In this document: positions 41,710 to 51,015 of the stretch, piece after piece
Numbering within the stretch: position 1 is the first letter of the stretch
Layout: each line of letters begins with the position of its first letter
From: an uncultured Woeseiaceae bacterium
GTDB lineage: Bacteria; Pseudomonadota; Gammaproteobacteria; Steroidobacterales; Woeseiaceae
DNA: 64,000 nucleotides
Direction: 5' to 3'
NCBI GenBank assembly: GCA_905182415.1
Contig: CAJJBK010000003.1
Location: 36,640 to 100,639, forward strand
Translations under genes and position numbers: made by a program
The notes under the pieces: model-generated
Seen by the model: the letters and a program-made list of their open reading frames with translations, nothing else
What the model was told of the DNA's origin: nothing
Databases searched by the model: none

Positions 41710-43008
41710 ATGACAAAAGATGTCTTCGTATTAAAATCATCTGATGGTTCTGCTCCAATTGAGCTTCCCGTTGAGTCTGGCACAATAGGCCCAGATGTTC
41801 TTGATATAACCAAGTTATATAAAGAGAAAAATGTTTTTACATATGATCCTGGTTTTGTTTCTACCGCCAGTTGTCATAGCAAAATAACTTACATCGATGG
41901 CGATGAAGGCATATTGCTCTATCGTGGATATCCAGTTGAACAGCTAGCAAAATCATCAAATTTTATTGAGGTTGCATATTTGCTGCTTTATGGAGAGCTG
42001 CCTAATAAAAATTTGTTAAATGATTTTTCTTCATCCATAACCCATCACACCATGTTAAATGAGGGTATGTTGCGATTTTTTAATGGGTTTCGTTATGACG
42101 CTCATCCAATGGCAATGTTATCTGCTATTGTTGGCTCGATGTCTGCTTACTATCATGACACTATGGACATCAACAGTGTTCATGCTCGTGAGATTTTTGC
42201 ACACCGTATCATTGCTAAACTGCCAACCATCGCTGCTGCTGCATATAAACATTCAGTGGGGCAGCCTTTTGTTTATCCTCGCAATGATTTAGGATATTGC
42301 GAAAATTTATTGCATATGTTTTTTTCTGTTCCTGCGGAAAATCAAGAAATAGATTCAGTCGCGGCAGAAGCACTAGATTTATTATTTATATTGCATGCTG
42401 ATCATGAACAAAATTGTTCAACTTCAACGGTTCGAATGGCTGGAAGCTCAGGAACCAATCCTTATTCAGCAATCGCCGCTGGTATATCTGCGTTATGGGG
42501 TCCAGCACATGGCGGTGCAAATGAAGCTGTATTAAGAATGTTAGAAGATATTGGCAGCAAAAAAAATATACAAAAATATATAGCTAAAGCAAAAGATAAA
42601 GACGATCCTTTTCGTTTAATGGGTTTTGGGCATCGTGTTTATAAAAACTATGACCCTCGAGCTAAAATTATTAGAGAAACGTGTCATAAGGTACTCAATC
42701 AAAAAGGAAGAAATAATTCACCCCTCCTTGAGTTAGCCCTAGAGCTAGAAGAAGTGGCATTAAGCGATCCATACTTCATCGAAAAGAACCTTTACCCGAA
42801 CGTTGATTTTTATTCTGGTATAATTTATCAAGCTCTAGGTATTCCGACTTCTATGTTTACTGTGATGTTTGCAATAGGCAGGACTGTTGGCTGGGTTGCA
42901 CATTGGCGAGAAATGATTGCTGATCCTAATGGAAAGATAAGCCGCCCAAGACAGCTCTATACTGGCCAACCTGAAAGAGATTATTTATCTTTAGAGGCTC
43001 GAACCTAA
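41710..43008 (+). CDS. gltA: Citrate synthase (type II)
   Basis: 432 aa. Motifs [14 protein letters not shown] and LHADHEQN. Confidence 0.95.
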   Translation: MTKDVFVLKSSDGSAPIELPVESGTIGPDVLDITKLYKEKNVFTYDPGFVSTASCHSKITYIDGDEGILLYRGYPVEQLAKSSNFIEVAYLLLYGELPNKNLLNDFSSSITHHTMLNEGMLRFFNGFRYDAHPMAMLSAIVGSMSAYYHDTMDINSVHAREIFAHRIIAKLPTIAAAAYKHSVGQPFVYPRNDLGYCENLLHMFFSVPAENQEIDSVAAEALDLLFILHADHEQNCSTSTVRMAGSSGTNPYSAIAAGISALWGPAHGGANEAVLRMLEDIGSKKNIQKYIAKAKDKDDPFRLMGFGHRVYKNYDPRAKIIRETCHKVLNQKGRNNSPLLELALELEEVALSDPYFIEKNLYPNVDFYSGIIYQALGIPTSMFTVMFAIGRTVGWVAHWREMIADPNGKISRPRQLYTGQPERDYLSLEART

Positions 43009-43605
43009 GATAACTAGAAGCTCTTTTAGCGCTTTTGCTTTGATTCTTTTCATTGGTTTATTATTAATTCTACTAATAGGGATTTGCTTTATTTCCTTAT
43101 GCGTAAATACTGTTACTTCAATATCAATTTTTTTGTAAATAAAAGTTAATCCTTTAAAATTCTTCGTTGTTTGATGGCCTGTTTTTAATTGTCTTTCGTA
43201 AAGTTTATGTGCGATCAATTGGTTATCTAATTGACTCATTACTTCTTCAATATTTTCAGCGCTTAAGTGAATATTGATTGGAGACCCAGCAGTAGCAGTT
43301 CCATTTGCTACGGGGCCAACCAGGAATGATTTAAAATTGCCAAAGAACTCCATTACAGATAATGCAATTTTACGTAATTTGAATAGTGAAATATGATGTG
43401 ATTCACCATCAAATAATCGATGGTATTCTTTTAATTTATCTTCAATTTCAGAGTTACGAGGCAGACAACCTAAATTTTGAAAATTGAGATTCTCTGCTGC
43501 TTTATATTTTGCAGTGTGATATTTTTCAATGCCTTGTTCCACCATAATGCGAGCGGTTTCTTGAGCGATCATTTTTTTTATTTGTGATTTTGTTTTCAGT
43601 TGCAT
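42991..43605 (-). CDS. Conserved hypothetical protein downstream of mrcA
   Basis: 204-aa ORF lying 27 nt after mrcA on the same strand. Its 3' end overlaps the gltA 3' end by 18 nt. It has only a weak, degenerate resemblance to a Pol-beta-type nucleotidyltransferase G-x(9-13)-D-x-D region ([19 protein letters not shown]). Confidence 0.45.
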   Translation of the reverse strand: MQLKTKSQIKKMIAQETARIMVEQGIEKYHTAKYKAAENLNFQNLGCLPRNSEIEDKLKEYHRLFDGESHHISLFKLRKIALSVMEFFGNFKSFLVGPVANGTATAGSPINIHLSAENIEEVMSQLDNQLIAHKLYERQLKTGHQTTKNFKGLTFIYKKIDIEVTVFTHKEIKQIPISRINNKPMKRIKAKALKELLVILGSSL

Positions 43606-43632
43606 ACTAGCGTCAGTCTAGCGTCAGTTGAT

Positions 43633-46170
43633 TTAATTGAATATATCTTGAGATTGATTATTCTCTTCGCAGCTCGGGAGATTATCTTTATGGAAAACTT
43701 CAAACATTACATCGTCTGTGTCATTTGAATTTGCAGGACAGCCAGTTATTTTCGATATTCTTACCGTTACCATGTCTTTAGGCATATTCATGCTACTTTC
43801 CGGAGCGTTCTCTAGTGTTGTTCTCATCAGCTCAATCCATATGGGTAGAGCGGTTCTAGATCCTTGTTCGCCAGTTCCTAAAGGTTCATTATTGTCATTA
43901 CCAACCCACACTACCGCTGAAATATCGTTATTAAATCCTGCAAACCAAGCATCTCGATAGTCATTTGTAGTGCCAGTTTTTCCAGATAAATCCTTTCTGC
44001 CTAATTCTCGCCTCGCCCTAACCCCAGTTCCCCTCCTTATTACTTCACGTAACATGTCCTGCATAATAAATGCATTCTGTGCAGTAATAATTCTGGGAGC
44101 TAAACTAATATCTTTATATAATTCAGGAGAGAAGTTAGCATTTGGTTTATAGATATCAACAATTTCTGCCATTTGTTTTAAAAGAAGTTCTTCTTCTTCG
44201 GCCGCTTGTTTTTGATTAGGAGCTATCTTTTTTGTAGTTGATATATCTTGCTCACACATGGAGCATACAATGGGATTAGAACTTTGATAAATTAATTCAT
44301 CCTCAGCATTTCTAATCGAATCTATTATAAATGGACTAACTGAGTACCCACCATTGGCAAATACAGCATAAGCTTGCGCCATATCTAAAGCTGATGCTGA
44401 TCCTGCGCCTAATGCAAGACCTCCGTTTGTAGGAAGGGCGTCCTTGCTAAAGCCAAATGGTTTGATATGTTCTATGGCATTATTTATACCGGTTTTTTCT
44501 AGAAGCAGTCTTACTGTTGCTAAATTCATCGATCGAACTAAAGCTTCTCTTAATCTTTGTTCACCATAAAACTTACCACTGTAGTTTGACGGCCGCCAGT
44601 CTTCTTCTAGTTCTTTTGAGCTCATAACAACCGGGGCATCAAGTAAAATTGTAGAGGCCGTATTACCCTCTGCAAGGGCCGCAGAATATATTAAAGGTTT
44701 GAACGAGGATCCGGGTTGCCTTCTGTCATTTAGAGCGTGGTTAATTTTATTAATATTATAATCAAAACCACCGCTAAGTGATGTTATTGCTCCATCAAAT
44801 GGATCTATAGAAACTACTGCAGCATTTGCTGCAGGAATTTCTGCTAAAGCATACTCACCTGTTGTGGTTAACATTACATAAATTACGTCACCTATTTTTA
44901 ATATATCATCTATATTTTTTGGCAACTTAGATGCGCCAATACTTCCATAGGGTTTGGCCCATTTTAAATTACGCCAAGATAGATCGGATCTTTCTCCGGA
45001 ACTGAATATTATATCGGCAGAATTGTCGAAATTTAAATCCGAGACCAGCGCGGGCCTTAGAACAGCAAGATCACTAAACTCATCAATTGAAATTCGTATA
45101 TTTTCTGGCCATTTTTCAAATGGTAGTGAGGCATTTAAATTTGCAATATTAATATGACCAATTGGCCCTTGAAAGCCTTGACGATGAGAATATTCTAATA
45201 AGCCCCTCCTCAATGAGTAAGTGGCCGCTTTTTGTATTTTAGAATCAATAGTGGTGATCACTTTGTAGCCATCTCGTGTAGCATTTTTTCCGTATTTTTC
45301 AATCATGGAGATACGAACCATTTCTGCTACATATGGAGCAGATAATTCACTCGCCGTTCCATGCAGTTTTGAAATAACAGGATATTCAATAGAATTATTA
45401 TAATTTTCATCGTCTATAAATCCCAATTGAAGCATTCCTGAGAGGACATAGTCTCTTCTAATTTTAGCTAAATTTGGGCTTCTGACAGGGTTATAGTTTG
45501 ATGGTGCAGGCAGGACGCCAGCAAGTGTGGCTGCTTCTGCAATATTGATATTACTGATGTTTTTTCCAAAGAATACTTGTGCTGCGGCGGCAACACCATA
45601 AGCGCGCTGCCCAAAGAACATCTTGTTTACAAAAAGCGTCATAATTTCTTTTTTTGTAAACTCTTGTTCGATGTTGTATGCCAAAAATGCCTCTAGAATT
45701 TTACGAGTAAATAACCTTTTTCTGTTAAGAAAGTAATCTCTAGCTAGTTGCTGAGTTAAGGTACTGCCACCGCCACTGATTTTTCCAGTAACCAGAATAT
45801 TTAAGGCGGCCCTGAGTGTTCCTTGGTAGTCAATACCAGGATGATCAAAGAAACGGCGATCTTCCGCCGCAATGAAAGCTTGTATGACATGTTCAGGCAG
45901 TTCATCGTAGGTAACAATAATACGTTTTCGTTCCCCTATTTCATCAATAAGTCTGCCATCTCGACTGTAAATTTTTAGCGGCGTCTCTAGAGGTATTTCA
46001 CGAATTGTTTCAGCGGGCGGTAGGCTTGGTTTCACATATAGATATGCAGTCAATATGCCTGCTGTCATGATAATAGAAAATATTACAGCGAGTCCGCTGA
46101 ATAATGATAACCAATAGCAAAATAGCGAGATTATATTTTTTTTATTAAATCTTTTGATGTTTAAATTCAT
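43633..46170 (-). CDS. mrcA: Penicillin-binding protein 1A (bifunctional transglycosylase/transpeptidase)
   Basis: 845 aa. N-terminal TM helix, GT51 motif EDRRFFDHPGID, and transpeptidase motifs SSFKP and KTGTT. Confidence 0.93.
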   Translation of the reverse strand: MNLNIKRFNKKNIISLFCYWLSLFSGLAVIFSIIMTAGILTAYLYVKPSLPPAETIREIPLETPLKIYSRDGRLIDEIGERKRIIVTYDELPEHVIQAFIAAEDRRFFDHPGIDYQGTLRAALNILVTGKISGGGSTLTQQLARDYFLNRKRLFTRKILEAFLAYNIEQEFTKKEIMTLFVNKMFFGQRAYGVAAAAQVFFGKNISNINIAEAATLAGVLPAPSNYNPVRSPNLAKIRRDYVLSGMLQLGFIDDENYNNSIEYPVISKLHGTASELSAPYVAEMVRISMIEKYGKNATRDGYKVITTIDSKIQKAATYSLRRGLLEYSHRQGFQGPIGHINIANLNASLPFEKWPENIRISIDEFSDLAVLRPALVSDLNFDNSADIIFSSGERSDLSWRNLKWAKPYGSIGASKLPKNIDDILKIGDVIYVMLTTTGEYALAEIPAANAAVVSIDPFDGAITSLSGGFDYNINKINHALNDRRQPGSSFKPLIYSAALAEGNTASTILLDAPVVMSSKELEEDWRPSNYSGKFYGEQRLREALVRSMNLATVRLLLEKTGINNAIEHIKPFGFSKDALPTNGGLALGAGSASALDMAQAYAVFANGGYSVSPFIIDSIRNAEDELIYQSSNPIVCSMCEQDISTTKKIAPNQKQAAEEEELLLKQMAEIVDIYKPNANFSPELYKDISLAPRIITAQNAFIMQDMLREVIRRGTGVRARRELGRKDLSGKTGTTNDYRDAWFAGFNNDISAVVWVGNDNNEPLGTGEQGSRTALPIWIELMRTTLENAPESSMNMPKDMVTVRISKITGCPANSNDTDDVMFEVFHKDNLPSCEENNQSQDIFN

Positions 46171-46345
46171 ATTAAAATTTAGAAATTACTGCGTACTATT
46201 CTCTTGGGTATTTCTTCATTTTTTACTTTTTATTGTGTAGTTAAAATTATAAGCCTTTTTTTATTAATTTTATGCAATTCTAAGCAAATTTGTGTATCTA
46301 AACTATATCGGTAGAATTATCACTAACGTAGATATAGAGATAATT

Positions 46346-46858
46346 ATGAAGCAATCAAGAAATTATTTTCTTGTAGGACCAATGGGTGCTGGTAAAACAG
46401 CCGTGGGCCGTCAATTATCTAGACTGTTACATCATCAATTCGTTGATAGTGATGAAGAGATTGAATTAAGGACGGGTGTTGATATTCCATTTATCTTTGA
46501 AAAAGAGGGAGAAAATGGTTTTAGAATACGTGAAGAGAAGGTAATTGAAGAGTTATCTGAAAGACAAGGTATTACTCTAGCCACTGGCGGCGGCGCAATA
46601 TTGCGGGAAAAAAATCGAATTTTCCTTGGCTCAAGAGGAACTGTCATTTATTTATACGCAAGTATTGAGAAACAGGTTGAGCGCACGAGCAGAGGAAAAG
46701 AAAGACCACTACTCACAAATAAAAATTCAAAGAAAGTTTTAAAAGATTTAATGGAGATTCGTGACCCATTATATCGATCAATCGCGGATATGATTATTGA
46801 TACTGATGGCAGAAAAATAAACAGTGTAGCGCAAGAGATTTTTGATGCGTTGAGTTAA
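46346..46858 (+). CDS. aroK: Shikimate kinase
   Basis: MKQSRNYFLVGPMGAGKTAVGRQL matches the AroK N-terminus. The track's GTG 46292 start adds 18 non-conserved residues. Confidence 0.92.
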   Translation: MKQSRNYFLVGPMGAGKTAVGRQLSRLLHHQFVDSDEEIELRTGVDIPFIFEKEGENGFRIREEKVIEELSERQGITLATGGGAILREKNRIFLGSRGTVIYLYASIEKQVERTSRGKERPLLTNKNSKKVLKDLMEIRDPLYRSIADMIIDTDGRKINSVAQEIFDALS

Positions 46859-46891
46859 AGTAAATAAAAATAAATTAAATAGGCTAATAGA

Positions 46892-47965
46892 TTGATAGAT
46901 CAAGAAACACTTCAGGTTGAATTGGGTGAACGAACTTATCCAATAATAATTGGTTCTGAATTCTTTAAGAACGGATTTATTTTTGATGAATGGGTCTCTG
47001 GTAAGGATTGTTTGATCGTTACTAATGAGGTGGTTGCTCCACTCTATTTAGAATCGTTAGTATCACAGCTAAAAAATAAAAATGTTGTGTCTTTGATCTT
47101 GCCAGATGGAGAATCAAATAAAACACTCACTATTTGGTCGCAAATAATCGATAAGTTAGTTGCAATGAAAGCCAGTAGAGATACCACTGTTATTGCTCTT
47201 GGTGGGGGAGTGATTGGAGATATTACTGGATTTGCAGCTGCTTCTTATATGCGAGGGATACCGTATATCCAAGTGCCTACAACATTATTATCTCAGGTGG
47301 ATTCTTCCGTTGGTGGCAAGACCGGTATCAATCATATTCAAGGAAAAAATCTAGTAGGCGCTTTTCATCAACCAAAATTAGTGCTCATTGATATCGATAC
47401 ATTAAATACTTTACCAAAAAGAGAATTAATTTCGGGTTTAGCTGAGGTAATAAAATACGGAGCCATTGCAGATTATAATTTTTTTTGCTGGCTAGAAAAA
47501 CAGATGGAGCAATTATTAAACAGAGACCCAGAAATATTAATTAAAGCTATTCTCAAATCATGCTCAATAAAGGCACAAGTAGTTGGTGACGATGAATTTG
47601 AAAATGGCAGAAGAGCCATCCTCAATTTCGGCCATACTTTCGGCCATGCAATTGAGAATATAAAAGGCTACGGTGAAATTTTGCATGGTGAGGCGATTGC
47701 TATCGGCATGGTATTGGCCGCTGAAATAAGCTCGCTGAATCAACCCGATATAAATCGACTTGAAGCTCTCATCATGAGTGCTGGCTTACCTCATAAAATT
47801 GATTCAATCAATGTAGACGCCATGTATGAAGTAATGCTGATGGATAAAAAAGTCAAAGCAAACAAACTAAGGTATGTATTGTTACGATCATTGGGTGAGG
47901 CATTTATTGATGAAGATGTTTCTGCAGAAAATGTTCGAGACGTCATCACCAATAGAGTCAATTGA
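46892..47965 (+). CDS. aroB: 3-dehydroquinate synthase
   Basis: 357 aa with a TTG start. Motifs GGGVIGDITGFAAA and NFGHTFGHA. aroK-aroB synteny. Confidence 0.93.
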   Translation: MIDQETLQVELGERTYPIIIGSEFFKNGFIFDEWVSGKDCLIVTNEVVAPLYLESLVSQLKNKNVVSLILPDGESNKTLTIWSQIIDKLVAMKASRDTTVIALGGGVIGDITGFAAASYMRGIPYIQVPTTLLSQVDSSVGGKTGINHIQGKNLVGAFHQPKLVLIDIDTLNTLPKRELISGLAEVIKYGAIADYNFFCWLEKQMEQLLNRDPEILIKAILKSCSIKAQVVGDDEFENGRRAILNFGHTFGHAIENIKGYGEILHGEAIAIGMVLAAEISSLNQPDINRLEALIMSAGLPHKIDSINVDAMYEVMLMDKKVKANKLRYVLLRSLGEAFIDEDVSAENVRDVITNRVN

Positions 47966-47969
47966 TTAA

Positions 47970-49103
47970 ATGTCTAGGCATGATAATTTGCTGGCTTGTT
48001 ATGCCGCTCAAGAAAAAAATAGCAAAGGCAGACTTAATAAAGAGTCAAAACCAAAATATCGGAGTGAATTTCAAAGAGATCGAGATAGAATAATTCATTC
48101 CAGTGCTTTTCGTCGTCTCGTATATAAAACTCAAGTATTTGTAAATCATGAAGGCGATTTATATCGAACTCGATTGACGCATTCTATAGAAGTGTCTCAA
48201 ATTGCAAGGACGCTCGCTCAATCTTTAAATTTAAATGAAACGCTAATAGAGGCAATGTCCCTTGCACATGATCTAGGACATACTCCGTTTGGTCATGCCG
48301 GCCAAGATAAGTTAAATACATGCATGAAAGATTTCGGGGGATTCGAGCATAATTTACAATCTTTACGGGTGGTTGATCATTTGGAATACAGATATGCTGA
48401 ATTTGATGGTTTAAATCTTACGTTTGAAACACGCGAAGGAATACTAAAGCATTGCTCATTAAATAATGCGAAACAACTAGATGAACTAGGCCAACGATTT
48501 ATTAAAAGACACCAGCCAGGACTGGAAGCGCAATTGGTGAATATTGCAGATGCGATTGCTTATAATCACCATGATATTGATGACGGGTATAGGGCGGGAT
48601 TGATTACATTAGACCAATTGATGGAAGTAAATTTATTTAAAAAGCCTTTTTATGGAGTACAAGAAAAATACCCAAATATTGATGAGAGACGAATGATACA
48701 CGAGACCTTACGTCAAATGATCAGTCTTGTGATTCATGATCTGATTAGTAATACCGAAGCTGCCATTAAAGAGTTAAATCCAAAATCTATCGATGATATT
48801 CGAGGGCAAAGTTATAAGCTTGCAAAATTCAGTGACAATATTAATTTTGAGCATTTAGAATTAAAAAGATTTTTAAATACCAATTTATATAAGCACCCAA
48901 AAGTCATGGAGATGACGAATCGAGCTGAAATTATGATCCAGGGTTTATTTGATAAATACATGCTGGACAATGATGCCTTGCCAGATGATTTTAACGAGAT
49001 ATTAAAAGGCAAGACAGAGATGCTTCGAGCACGAAAAATTGCAGATTATATCGCGGGAATGACGGATCGTTTTGCTATCGCAGAATTCAAACGTTTGATA
49101 TAA
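47970..49103 (+). CDS. dGTP triphosphohydrolase-like HD-domain protein
   Basis: 377 aa. Motifs RDRDRIIHSSAFRRL, HSIEVSQIAR and HDLGHTPFGH. Confidence 0.85.
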   Translation: MSRHDNLLACYAAQEKNSKGRLNKESKPKYRSEFQRDRDRIIHSSAFRRLVYKTQVFVNHEGDLYRTRLTHSIEVSQIARTLAQSLNLNETLIEAMSLAHDLGHTPFGHAGQDKLNTCMKDFGGFEHNLQSLRVVDHLEYRYAEFDGLNLTFETREGILKHCSLNNAKQLDELGQRFIKRHQPGLEAQLVNIADAIAYNHHDIDDGYRAGLITLDQLMEVNLFKKPFYGVQEKYPNIDERRMIHETLRQMISLVIHDLISNTEAAIKELNPKSIDDIRGQSYKLAKFSDNINFEHLELKRFLNTNLYKHPKVMEMTNRAEIMIQGLFDKYMLDNDALPDDFNEILKGKTEMLRARKIADYIAGMTDRFAIAEFKRLI

Positions 49104-49153
49104 AATTTTACGGGATAAATGCGAAGCTAGATTATCCAAAGGGAGAAGAGTGA

Positions 49154-49864
49154 GTGATAGAGAATAATATTTCTACCAAAGACAGATTAATATTTGCTTT
49201 GGATGTACCCGATTGTGAGCTAGCAAAAAATCTAGTTGAGGAGTTGGGTGATTCCGTTCATTTTTATAAGCTAGGTCTTGAACTAATGATGACAGGAGAT
49301 TATTTTGAGCTCCTAGATTGGATGTTGACCAAAGAAAAAAAAGTATTTGCTGATTTAAAATTTTTTGATATTCCAGCCACAGTTGGTGCCGCGGTAAATA
49401 GATTGAAAGACAGAGGTGCTAGCTTTGTTACTGTGCATGGCAATCAATCAATTATGGAAGCTGCTGCTGAGAATAAAGGGAATGATCTTAAGGTTCTTGC
49501 GGTTACTGCTTTGACGAGTTTAGATCGTGGTGATCTTGATGATTTAGGTTTCGATTGTGATGTAGGGGACTTAGTCCTTTCGCGTGCCCGAAGAGCATTG
49601 GAGGCTGGTTGTGATGGAGTGATATCGTCCGGCATGGAGGTTGCAAAACTCCGCGCTCAAATTGATAACAAACTCTTGGTAATTACGCCAGGAATAAGGC
49701 CGGTTGACAATAAGCCCAGTGAAGATCAAAAAAGAGTGGTCACTGTGACTCAGGCTTTCAACAATGGTGCAGATTACATCGTGGTTGGTCGACCCATCCG
49801 TGATGCCGTTAATCCTCGGGCATCTGCAGAAGCGATACAAAGTTCGATTGCTGAGTGTTTCTAG
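49154..49864 (+). CDS. pyrF: Orotidine 5'-phosphate decarboxylase
   Basis: 236 aa with a GTG start. Motifs FALDV, DLKFFDIP and VVGRPI. Confidence 0.92.
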   Translation: MIENNISTKDRLIFALDVPDCELAKNLVEELGDSVHFYKLGLELMMTGDYFELLDWMLTKEKKVFADLKFFDIPATVGAAVNRLKDRGASFVTVHGNQSIMEAAAENKGNDLKVLAVTALTSLDRGDLDDLGFDCDVGDLVLSRARRALEAGCDGVISSGMEVAKLRAQIDNKLLVITPGIRPVDNKPSEDQKRVVTVTQAFNNGADYIVVGRPIRDAVNPRASAEAIQSSIAECF

Positions 49865-49868
49865 GATC

Positions 49869-50942
49869 ATGAGTTTTGATTTAAAAAACGATATTTTTCT
49901 AAGGGCTTTGAAAAAAGAAAAAGTCCCCTATACGCCCATATGGATTATGCGCCAAGCAGGACGTTATCTGCCGGAGTATCGAGCTGTTAGAGAAGAGGCG
50001 GGTGATTTCATGAGTGTTTGTACTAACCCGCAATTAGCTTGCGAAGTAACCTTGCAGCCATTAAGACGATTTGAATTAGACGCCGCCATATTGTTTTCAG
50101 ATATTTTGACCATACCTGATGCCATGGGTTTGGGTTTGTATTTTGAAACAGGGGAAGGGCCAAAGTTCAAATCACCGATCGTTTCATCTCGCGATATTAA
50201 AAATCTTATAGTGCCTGATGTGCATGAGAAGTTAGATTATGTTTTTTCTGCCGTGAAACTAATTAAACAAGAACTGAATGGTGCGGTGCCACTCATTGGT
50301 TTTTCTGGAAGCCCTTGGACAGTGGCAACGTATATGGTGGAAGGTGGCTCTTCGAGAGAATTTTTAAAAATAAAAGCATTAAAAGATGAAGATTCATTGG
50401 CACTCAAAGTGCTTTTAAATAAGATCGCTTTACTCACCATTGATTATTTAAATGCCCAGATAGAAGCAGGTGCTCAAGCGTTAATGATTTTTGATACCTG
50501 GGGCGGTATTTTAGAGGCGGATGACTATCGTCAATTTTCGTTATCATTTATGCAACAAATAATTGATGGACTACATTTAAAACAAATGGAATCTGAGATT
50601 CCAGTGATTTTATTCACCAAAGGGGCTGGCTCAAAGATTAGCGATATGGCAAATACTGGCTGTAGTGCGTTAGGGATTGATTGGACCATGTCTCTGAGTA
50701 AAGCGAGGGACTTAACCCAAAATAAAATGGCATTACAAGGTAATCTTAATCCAAAGATTTTAACAAAGTCAGAGGTTGAAATTCAGCAAGCAGTTGCCGA
50801 TGTATTAGCTGATTACGGGGCTAATCCAGGCCATGTGTTTAACTTAGGTCATGGGATTACGCCTGATATCGACCCTGCTAAAGTAAAATTATTGGTCGAT
50901 ACAGTTCATGAGCTTAGCAAGCAATATCATCAATCCTATTAA
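49869..50942 (+). CDS. hemE: Uroporphyrinogen decarboxylase
   Basis: MSFDLKNDIFLRALKKEKVPYTPIWIMRQAGRYLPEY is the canonical HemE N-terminus. The track's upstream 35 aa overlap pyrF and are discarded. Confidence 0.94.
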   Translation: MSFDLKNDIFLRALKKEKVPYTPIWIMRQAGRYLPEYRAVREEAGDFMSVCTNPQLACEVTLQPLRRFELDAAILFSDILTIPDAMGLGLYFETGEGPKFKSPIVSSRDIKNLIVPDVHEKLDYVFSAVKLIKQELNGAVPLIGFSGSPWTVATYMVEGGSSREFLKIKALKDEDSLALKVLLNKIALLTIDYLNAQIEAGAQALMIFDTWGGILEADDYRQFSLSFMQQIIDGLHLKQMESEIPVILFTKGAGSKISDMANTGCSALGIDWTMSLSKARDLTQNKMALQGNLNPKILTKSEVEIQQAVADVLADYGANPGHVFNLGHGITPDIDPAKVKLLVDTVHELSKQYHQSY

Positions 50943-51015
50943 TATTTTTTTATCACTCGTTCTTGTGGCTAAAAACTTATTAAAAACTAATTTTTCTTGA
51001 TTGGTCGAAATATAA

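Noticed and set aside
49764-49868. 35-aa N-terminal extension of hemE that overlaps pyrF
   Set aside because: The canonical HemE N-terminus (MSFDLKNDIFLRAL...PIWIMRQAGRYLPEY) begins at ATG 49869, 4 nt after the pyrF stop. The extension is just the pyrF 3' end read in another frame. The same reasoning applies to the aroK (46292-46345), yajQ (61206-61247) and hemW (39955-39966) extensions.
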